Position numbers and translations under genes: made by a program. DNA of 36,350 bases from Asterionella formosa. Taxonomy: Eukaryota. The notes beneath the pieces are model-generated. The model made no database searches. It was given only the letters and a program-made list of their open reading frames with translations, and was not told the origin of the DNA. Where the stretch lies: the NCBI GenBank assembly GCA_002256025.1, contig NKIB01015360.1:1-36350 (forward strand), given 5' to 3'. The first letter of the stretch is position 1. Each line of letters begins with the position of its first letter. Below are positions 1-8,589 of this stretch, piece after piece.

Positions 1-399
1 TCATACAAAAAAATGATTGATATCAACTAAAGTTTTGGTGTTCGCTCTAAAGATAGTAATCGTGAAATCAAATCAGTTATTCATTCGGTCTAACCTTTGG
101 AATGCTAATATCAAATAGAATTTTTAGCTTTCGATCTAATGTTCATTACTACTGATCTAACCTATTTCTCTCATTGATCAAACCTATTATCATGTTCGAT
201 CAATGATGAACACAAATCGAATTAAATGGATTGCTATTTGATACTCAAATATTCTACTTCTGGTCACCCATACTTTCCAATGTGCATCCTCTATCAGAAT
301 GAGCACACAGTGGTCTTCAATACCTTAATTTTCACTTCCGGTATCTATGTTTAGATCATTGCCTTTTCAAAATAAAATGAGAGAGTAAATGAAATTGAT

Positions 400-797
400 G
401 ATGCTTTATTCGAACCTCTACCATTGCGAAAAGCAGCAAGTCACATTCTCCAATGTTCTTATACGACTTTCCTGTAAGAGATAATAATAACAATGTTGTT
501 AGCAAAACTGTTGCATCAAGTAAGCAAGGCAGCCATCTAAATGAAGATAAGTGCAACGAAACGATCACATGAACAATCCATCACTCCAATTTCTGTATGA
601 GCACCAGGCAATGTGTATATAACTTACCTGTGCTCTTATGGTTGATTGTTGCTTCCATTAAGAATGGTAGCAAGCCACATTCTCCAAGGTTCCTGTATGA
701 TTTTGAGGAGATAATATCAATGTTAGCAAAGGTGTTGTAACGATTAAAGCATCTCCAGTCACACATGTGCCACAAACTGATGACATAAACAATCTAT
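400..797. repeat. Degenerate direct duplication (about 400-580 and 640-797)
   Basis: AGCAAGTCACATTCTCCAATGTTCTTATACGA...GAGATAATA...TGTTAGCAAA (from ~436) recurs as AGCAAGCCACATTCTCCAAGGTTCCTGTATGA...GAGATAATA...TGTTAGCAAA (from ~670). The small ORFs 356..568 and 581..775 share KSY(K/R)N(I/L)GEC as a by-product. Confidence 0.75.
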
Positions 798-1443
798 ATA
801 GTAACTTCACGTTCCAATCGACATAACGAATGAGAGTATAGTAACTTACCTATGCTCTCACTATTGATTGATGGGTGACAGGTAGCGTTGTTAACCCTCA
901 CATCTGCATATATGGAACAAGGGAAAGATGTTATTAATGTCGAAATCCAAATTATTGGACACAGACACTACAAACCCTCTGCAGCATTGTGCACAAACAT
1001 ATTAAGTGCGGTTTCTTACCTCGTAATTAGGTTGATTTTTATCGTTGGTCCTGAGGAAGTGTAGAAACTTTGAGTGGTAGCAGCGCACACGAACAGCGAT
1101 ACAATTTTATAGTTTGCTTCCAGTCTCACATGGTACCAATCATAAGCCCCTTGGTAGTCACAGTTGAGAAGCAAAACAAAATCATATAACTTACCTCTTC
1201 TCACCGGTTGGTTTGATATCGGTAGAAGGCTCTCTATCACCATTCCCTCATCAGTTTGTTATGTGGAATAGAATGCATTACCAGCATGAATTTTTTAACA
1301 ATATCTCAACATTTCCTCTTCTTCAAAAAGTGTGTATAACATACATCTCTGTATGTCTAGTAACTTTTTCGAAGGAACATTTAATACCCTACCAGTATGT
1401 ATGATTAGATAAATATACAAGACTTACTAGTAACAGGAATTCG

Positions 1444-1670
1444 AATACCCGGTACTGTGAAACTGTACCTATTACTACGCTGGTACTGTGAAACTGTAGG
1501 TTTACCCTACCAGCATTCCCCCTACGCTGGTACTGTGAAACTGTAGGTTTGCCCTACCAGCATTCCCTTCTTCCCCTTGTCTCAATACCCGGTCGGAACA
1601 TGACGTGGCTACAGTGAAACTGTACCTATTACTAAGCTGGTACCATGAAACTGTAGCTTTGCGCTACCAA
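1444..1670. repeat. Complex minisatellite with core GGTACTGTGAAACTGTA (5 copies)
   Basis: Core at 1451, 1482 and 1529, with variants at ~1607 and 1639. The linkers CCTATTACTACGCT and GGTTT(A/G)CCCTACCAGCATTCCC are themselves repeated. Confidence 0.9.
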
Positions 1671-2640
1671 TCTAATGTCTATTACTGAGTAGCTATATCG
1701 GTGCTGCATCACTTCCGATCCAGCACTTGCCCACTGTCTAATCCTATAGTAGTAGTTGACAGACCATTATCCCTTTCTGCTTCCTTGTTCTGTTGCAACA
1801 ATATTAGTAAAAATACAGGGATCATTTGAAACGCCCCAATAACGGAGAAGTTTATCAACATCATTGGACTCATTTCGACAACCATTGTTGCTGTACGACA
1901 TTGGAATCAGCTATTAATTGAATAATGGTTCTGGTACCCTCATAAATATTTTACACTTTGGAGTGGCGAGAACATATGTGTGGGACAAGCTACACTATGT
2001 ATATTTAAGCTATATATATAAAGCGGTCACTTCGTGGAAAGTAGTATATGTGTGGCAATGGGGTTAGGCTGTCCTATATATTGCCTCTGATGTTGCCGAT
2101 AAAGAGATTTCTTAAAACAATGGGATAGTACAATGTTATTAAGCAAAGTTACAATTGCCATTTCGAACCCCCTGCTATTCAAGGTTCATGTGATGCTACT
2201 ATTTCCTGAATGAAATGAAGCTACTTCCTGATTAGTGATGTTGCGGCTCTAATTCTGCAGCATACAAACGTTCCCCATCAATATCGAGACCATATCATTC
2301 GTTATAAGACTGAGATCGACGTCATCCCCGCAAGAAGGTAGCTCGTAAGGGATTGTTCAACAAATGCACATGGCTTGTAAGAAATTCGATTACTGATATG
2401 TGAATTGAGAGATAATGACGAATACTACTGGTACAAGAATTGGATCAAAGCATGTACCGGTAGAGCATTCAAATCGGAATGGTAACAAGGAACGCACCGT
2501 TGTTGCACAGAATTCATTCTGATAGCATCATTGGGTACAAGGTTTACATACATGTAAGGTGATCTGTGTAAAGTCATAACCTTCGCTAAAACAATAATTG
2601 ATCAAAGAACAAGCAAGAGCTATTGATCAATCAAACAATG

Positions 2641-2990
2641 TATCAATATATCAAAGCATTTGGTTAGCATATTAAATTTGATAACTAATATATATGACTT
2701 CTATCTATGCGTAACCTGATGTGTGTAAGAAAGTAATCTGACAAACAAATTTGATTGACCACACCAACGCGGTCATTGATATATCAAAATTATCATCAAC
2801 ATAACACAACATTTGATCAATATATTAACAATTTTGGTTAACCGATTAGATTTGGAAACTAATATATATGAGTTCTTATATACGCTTAACCTAACATGTG
2901 TATGCTACTAACCTAATGTACAAATTTGATTGATCATACAGACACTGCCGTTGATATATCAAAATTGTCATCAACATGTCAAAATATTTG
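2641..2990. repeat. Tandem repeat, two diverged AT-rich units of about 175 bp
   Basis: ATCAATATAT..TTTGGTTA..AACTAATATATATGA..ACAAATTTGATTGA..TTGATATATCAAAATT(A/G)TCATCAACAT occurs in the same order at ~2642-2815 and ~2817-2990. Confidence 0.85.
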
Positions 2991-3415
2991 AATGATCGAT
3001 CAGTTTTTTAACGTATGCTGAGTAAAACATTAGATCTAATGGAAAATCTATTCACAGATGAAAGCCGCATTTCTTCAGTACCAATCAGATTTCTGACTAG
3101 CAATGCCTTTGAACATGTAGTTGGTCAAGAGGTCTAGGTGAAATAATTATCTTAAAAATTCATATAAATGCTATTCAATTATCGAAGCAGACATACTATA
3201 TTAGCTATATTTTGAAATTTCACAAGGTCAAGCATAATATCAGTACTTTCTGTATTAGGGTATGGATGGGTGTGGTCCGCCCGTTGTATAAGTCATTCTC
3301 GTGTGTACATTTTATGCCGACCATTTTTTAGCTGTCGGTTTGACCTAAAATTCAGGGTGTCAATAAGAAGTACTAGACTAGAATTTCGGATGATATTTGG
3401 AAAATAAGCAGCAAG

Positions 3416-3852
3416 CACATGCAACAATGCCCCTAGTCAAATTTTTCTAGTTTTCCGGGTTAAGCTAAAACTTGTTTCACTAGTTTCCCCGAGTTTTTTG
3501 AAGAGGCTTGTCAATAAAACCCTATAGTACTTTTTAAGACTAGTTCATAGTAATCATCTATCAAAATTGATTTGACACCCCAAAAAATCAATTAAGACGA
3601 CAAAGCTAGTGACTTTCAAACGACCATGGCGGTAACTTTTAAGACCACTACGGATCTAAAAACAACCTTTAAAGGCAACAGGCCTGTCTATTTGGATTCA
3701 TTGGAGACTATATACGACTATTAGAGTAAATGGTTTAGTTGTTCTATACAAAAATAGGGACAGTACAGTGGAACCAGAATTTACTAGCTTCGTCGCGTAT
3801 TCGCTAGCAAAGCTTACTATTTCTAGTCGAAAATCAATCAAACAATCAAATC
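3416..3852 (+). repeat. Dispersed repeat family A, copy 1 (uninterrupted; probable non-autonomous TE remnant)
   Basis: Collinear with 22622-22870 plus 23763-23962. Shared blocks include GAGGCTTGTCAATAAAACCCTATAGT, AACAGGCCTGTCTATTTGGATTCATT, TACAAAAATAGGGACAGTA and TTTCTAGTCGAAAATCAATCAAACAATCAAAT. Confidence 0.9.
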
Positions 3853-3936
3853 GCCACTGAAGCTTACAATCTGAAAGAGTATTTTTATGCTAACAATTCA
3901 TTTCTTAATGAAATCGTAGATTTGATTATCATTATG

Positions 3937-4255
3937 ATGCCTTGTGTTGGTTCTTGGCAGTGCTATCTTCCGGTGCCATTGTGCTTGTTGTTGGTTAGTG
4001 TTTGTTGTGGGCGGTTGCGTGTTGTGAAAACAGTCTTGTTCTTGATTTCGTAGATGTCATTGCTGTTGCGGCTGTCATTATGCCTTGTCTTGGTTCCTGG
4101 CAGTGAGATCTTCCGGTATCATTTTCACTTCGTTGCTTGCGTGCTTGTGGTTGGTTGTTGCTTGTTATGGGCGCTTGTTGTCACTTGTGTGTACTGAAAA
4201 CTGTCGTCTTGTTCTTGATTTTGTAGATGTCGTTCATTCCTGTTGTGGCGCTTGT
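3937..4255. repeat. GT-rich tandem duplication (about 3937-4077 and 4080-4255)
   Basis: ATGCCTTGT(G/C)TTGGTTC(T/C)TGGCAGTG..ATCTTCCGGT and GTCTTGTTCTTGATTT(C/T)GTAGATGTC each appear twice, in order. Confidence 0.85.
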
Positions 4256-4680
4256 GATAGCATTTGATGCTTCGGTGGGTGACATTTCCATGGTGGCACT
4301 TATTGGTTGTTGGATGAAGTGAGTGGCGAGGTGCTTGCATCAACCTGTTGATTGTCGTTTCCACTAGCTGCATTCAAATACAGACAACTCTTCGATTATT
4401 TCTGTAAAATGGTATCACTCATGGCAAGATGTTAGCGTTCTTTGAGTTCAACAGGCCATGTGGAAAAGCGGAGCAAAACATCCCAGTTAGTAGTAGAGTA
4501 ATTGTCGCTTGAACAAATTAAGCCCATCGTCGTCATCGTATTAATGAGTACCAGTAGTTTTGTCTAGCTTCATCGTGATGAAGCTACTTCTACATGACGT
4601 TTCTACGACGAAACAAACCAGCGGTAAAACTCCGAAAAAAATTATTGTTGATACTTCGCGATTTTCAACTTCTTCATCTT

Positions 4681-4743
4681 TCAGCCAATCTTGGCCACAT
4701 TTCAAACTTAAGCTCGCCGTAAAATGTGGCCAAGATTGGCTGA
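4681..4743. repeat. Perfect 22-bp inverted repeat with a 19-nt loop
   Basis: TCAGCCAATCTTGGCCACATTT (4681-4702) and AAATGTGGCCAAGATTGGCTGA (4722-4743). Confidence 0.95.
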
Positions 4744-5318
4744 CAAATGAAAGAAATCGTTTTCGATCGACCCCTCATTTCCTTTCTCTTGATTGCAGCA
4801 ACGAAACGAATGTAATATAGCTTTAAACAATGCGAAGAAATTAGAATTCTTTTTTACCATCAAAATTAATTGCCTTTTAGTCGCATCTAATTTGAAGCAC
4901 AACATGTTACATGTGAGGTCTGTGCACGATACACAAAAGGAAATTTCCTCATACCGAGGAAGTACGGAGTTTCCCAGACGACCCAGTGAAAGGTGCCAGC
5001 GCTTTTCCGTTCGAAAATTTGTGATGGTTACAGGTTTAAACACAAAATACATGGAAATATTCTGAAAGAATATTTCATCATTTTGGAATTGGTGAGCCGG
5101 TCAGACTACCGATGACGTCCCGGCAGGTTGAAACCGCTACCGGTACGTGGAATTTTTGGTTTGATGTGAACACAAATCGCTGATTACCACCGGACCTTTC
5201 TGTGTCATATTTACCGGTATCATTTGCTTACCTGATACTCCATCACAGCTACCATATGTATGTACCGGTAGCAGTATAAAAGCGAATTTTAATTTGCCTG
5301 TCACAACGTACCGGTATC

Positions 5319-6845
5319 ATGTTTGGAGGGGTGATGTATACCTCCTTTGTTGGACCTAAGATCAGATGTGTGATCTCGGCAGCTCTTTTCATCACCGTAT
5401 CAGTTTGGCTCATTTTCAGCAGCAGGGAACTTTCCAGAAAAGTCGGGGTTAATCATGAGACATCCTTCAAAGGACATGAAAATGCAACATTCTCCTTTAA
5501 TGAATCTGCTGTAGACTTTGTTGGTGTTGCTATAGCGAATCGCTCTATTTCTTCAATCGATCAAACATTATCTACGTATATTCGAGGATCCGAGGAACTG
5601 AGAGAATTTGCAAGTGCAGTGTGTAGGGATTTACATTGCTTTCATGCCCCTGCGTTCATTGTAGCCAACAAAACTCTATCCAAATTGTCGAGTATTCTGA
5701 CAGACTGTATTTCGAGAGGGGAACTCAAGCTGACATTGCTTGGGGACTCAATCGGGGCCGGAAATTTTGACCAAAGAGGTGGATTTGGGGCAGGAATTGC
5801 AAGCGGTCTGCAAAACTTGCTTGGACCAGACGTTGAATGTAAATTTAAAAACCGTTCACGAGGTGCGACCCAGCCAGAGTACTTTCTTTACTGCGACTTT
5901 TCTGCTGGTGATGAAGATATTATTATAATTGAATTTGTTCCTAGTCCTGATCATGCGAGTAAACTTTACCTTGAGGGCTTAGTTAGGAAGCTCTCACAGT
6001 TGAAGAGGTCACCCGTCATTCTTCTGGTTGCTACCTCGTCACCAGGTCACCATAACGTCACATTCATTCTTGAGACTACCGAATTGTGGAGAGAAATTGC
6101 AAACAATTATTTTCTCCTGTTTCTTGACCTAACTGAAGCTATCACTTATGGGTTGACTACATGTGTATCCGGTGCAATGGCAAAAACAAAATTCTACTCT
6201 GACTATATACACCCCAATGAACATGGACATTTGTATGCCACATGCCAAATTCTCGGAATCTTCGAAGCGGCTCTGAGATTTTCACCCATTGACAATTACC
6301 ACAATTATGTTCCTAAAGCGAAACCTATAATCAAGGAGGTTGAAATGCTGGGCATCACTAAATGCTATAGTGTCCTTGAGGATGACAAATCACTCTGGCC
6401 TCTTGTTGTGGATGTGCACAATTTCCAAATTGTTGAACGAGCCCAAGCTGGTTCTACAAGCATTCATGAAAGGAGTTGGCAAGGCAACAAAACTGGTGAC
6501 TCAATATCCTTTAGTTTACCACCATTCATCTCCTTAATTGTCAGTGTTTATGTAGGTCCTCGTGATGACTATGGTGTTGCAGAGGTTAGCATTGGGACAA
6601 AACATGTTTCAATTCTTGATACAAGGAGACAGCCTGGAAGTAGACCATGGATTGAATCTCAGGGAGGCTACATTGATGAGTTTCTAATTGTGAACAGAAA
6701 GGATAATGTCACATATGATCATGAAGTTGTTTCCTTTGTGATTAAAGCCGACTCAAACGTGAATGCAAGTGATAGCCCACGTCAGCACATGGTGCAGATT
6801 TTTGCTCTCCTTGTTGAGACAGCAAGTCATTATGATATTGGATGA
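5319..6845 (+). CDS. SGNH/GDSL hydrolase-superfamily protein with N-terminal membrane anchor (508 aa, intronless)
   Basis: Hydrophobic segment CVISAALFITVSVWLIF; block I LTLLGDSIGAG; block II NRSRGAT; block III DIIIIEF; block V SDYIHPNEHGH; beta-rich C-terminal domain. Confidence 0.8.
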   Translation: MFGGVMYTSFVGPKIRCVISAALFITVSVWLIFSSRELSRKVGVNHETSFKGHENATFSFNESAVDFVGVAIANRSISSIDQTLSTYIRGSEELREFASAVCRDLHCFHAPAFIVANKTLSKLSSILTDCISRGELKLTLLGDSIGAGNFDQRGGFGAGIASGLQNLLGPDVECKFKNRSRGATQPEYFLYCDFSAGDEDIIIIEFVPSPDHASKLYLEGLVRKLSQLKRSPVILLVATSSPGHHNVTFILETTELWREIANNYFLLFLDLTEAITYGLTTCVSGAMAKTKFYSDYIHPNEHGHLYATCQILGIFEAALRFSPIDNYHNYVPKAKPIIKEVEMLGITKCYSVLEDDKSLWPLVVDVHNFQIVERAQAGSTSIHERSWQGNKTGDSISFSLPPFISLIVSVYVGPRDDYGVAEVSIGTKHVSILDTRRQPGSRPWIESQGGYIDEFLIVNRKDNVTYDHEVVSFVIKADSNVNASDSPRQHMVQIFALLVETASHYDIG

Positions 6846-6899
6846 ATTGATGTATCATATTTTATCAATAATCAGAACCTTTTTCTTGAGCAGGCAAAA

Positions 6900-7110
6900 C
6901 AAGCAAAACAATTCACTCACCAGATGTTGCATTCAACTTTTGTTGGACTTGAATCTATTGTAGCAGTTTTTACCGGACTTCTCCATCCTTTGCTTAGATA
7001 TCCTTGTAACATCATTATCTTGCCCATTGTGTTTTGTTGTTCTATTGCCTGACGTATCCGTTTTCTTGTTGTATCCTATGTGCCAGGCAATGCGCATTTC
7101 TTTAAGAAAG
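6900..7110 (-). pseudogene. Possible decayed non-LTR retrotransposon C-terminal fragment
   Basis: A minus-strand frame reads RKRIRQAIEQQNTMGKIMMLQGYLSKGWRS between stops. This resembles the AxxxQxxIGWxxxxxGxxSxxW motif near the C-terminus of some LINE-type ORFs (recalled pattern, not searched). Confidence 0.4.
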
Positions 7111-7190
7111 CCTAGCAGTGATGTAGGCGGTTGTGTTAATTTGGTGCATCAGGATAGCCAAATCTCCTTTCTATGCTCTTCGTCATCATG

Positions 7191-7329
7191 AAAACTTCAC
7201 ATGAAACGATTAAAAGTAACCTTATTTACAGGAAGAGTGGCATTAATTCATGTTACTTACCACATAGTTTACACTCCTAGGTAGCTAGATGAAATTTCGA
7301 AAAGTGGCATATTTCACAGCACAGATGTA
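7191..7329 (+). repeat. Dispersed repeat family B, copy 1 (probable TE terminus)
   Basis: AAACTTCACATGAA..TTAAAAGTAACCTT..GGAAGAGT(G/A)GCATTAATTCATGT..AAATTTCGAAAAGTGGC..AGATGTA is shared with 17239-17361. Both copies end at AGATGTA. Confidence 0.85.
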
Positions 7330-8589
7330 TGACTGGTACCGGCAAACATCGCATTCCAAGAGCATACATATATGTAGATTAATTAACAAGCTATTTGCAT
7401 TTTCTACGCAACATGATGAAGGAGACAGCTGCATCAGTTAGATTAGTATGTTTAGGCAAGTATAACACTAAATATTGATCTGTGTGCATTTTTGCGGTTA
7501 TTGATTTTCTGTGGCCAACATACTGACCTTCATCGGCATATATCACATGGACTACTAAATCCCAGCGAGAAATAGTAGCCATATAAATTATTTAGCATAC
7601 TGCGATTCTGGACCAAAAAATATGTCGTTCTACTACCGGTACAGACGTCGAATGACAAAGCTAAAGTTTTGTACACACTCGGATTTATGAACAGCTGACT
7701 GTCCACGTGAACGGTCTCATCAGTCTCCCTTTTGACGTTGCGAAAAGAGCAATCAACGATACTTTGATATTTCTATCTTTGCCCAGGTTTCAAATGCAGG
7801 ACCTTCAATTCTGCACTGTCGCCGAATATGCTTTCTACTGGCTGAGTGAGTAGAAGTGGTACACCTGTACCTTGGCTGTACGTGGTTTTCCTGTACTGGT
7901 AAGCAAATACAGCCAGCTACTGTAAAGGATGTAGATGCATAGGAGTGGGAGTATCCTGGTAAACCAGTTGCGAGGTTACCACACTGGAGCACTGGAGTAC
8001 ATACCGGCCGGTACTTGGACTCACCTAGAACCAGAACCCCAGTCCAAACGAACGTTCCACGTAGGATTAGTACCACGGGACCATTTGCAATTTTTAAGAT
8101 AGCTAATATGAAATGTATGACATTATAGAGAATTATATAAACTGTACTCTACCTGCAAGAATACCCGTAGTCTAGTCCTTTCGCTGACAGCCCTGTGTGT
8201 ATTCGAGGGTTGATGATGGTTTACTTGTACACAGGTGATGTACTATGCATTCGTTCAAGCAGCATTTTGGACTCAGCCCCACCGCGTGAGCTATACGCAA
8301 AACACTCGATCGCCTGAAAAGGAGTGGCGAAGGGCAAAGGTTACATCTGCCTGTTTGGTCAACATCCAATTCCTCGTTGCCTTGGGTGGCCTTCTGGTAT
8401 CTGCTTTGGCGCTCGTGCCATTAGCGTTAGAAGGGCAAAGGCGCAAGGAATCATATTCCGCGAAGTCCCATTTTGGAATATTTCGGCATTCGCCGTAGAA
8501 TCTGTACCAGTGCTATTGGAGAGACATCCTTCAAAGCGCTTGACCCCGAGAATCTCGTTATTTTTCTCTTAGGCCAAATCCCTACCACC

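Noticed and set aside
1451..1660. CRISPR-like repeat-spacer pattern
   Set aside because: The linkers are themselves repeated and variable in length, the core is only 17 bp, there are no cas genes, and the context is eukaryotic.
1716..2560. Possible decayed coding sequence on the minus strand
   Set aside because: The frames I read are broken by stops and no motif was recognisable.
4560..5065. Overlapping 86-114 aa ORFs
   Set aside because: They lie in repeat- and hairpin-containing AT-rich DNA, overlap on both strands and lack motifs.
8473..8589. N-terminal extension of the 798-aa ORF from TTG
   Set aside because: A non-ATG start is unlikely in a nuclear gene. The segment contains an acceptor-like pyrimidine tract, and ATG 8590 has good context.
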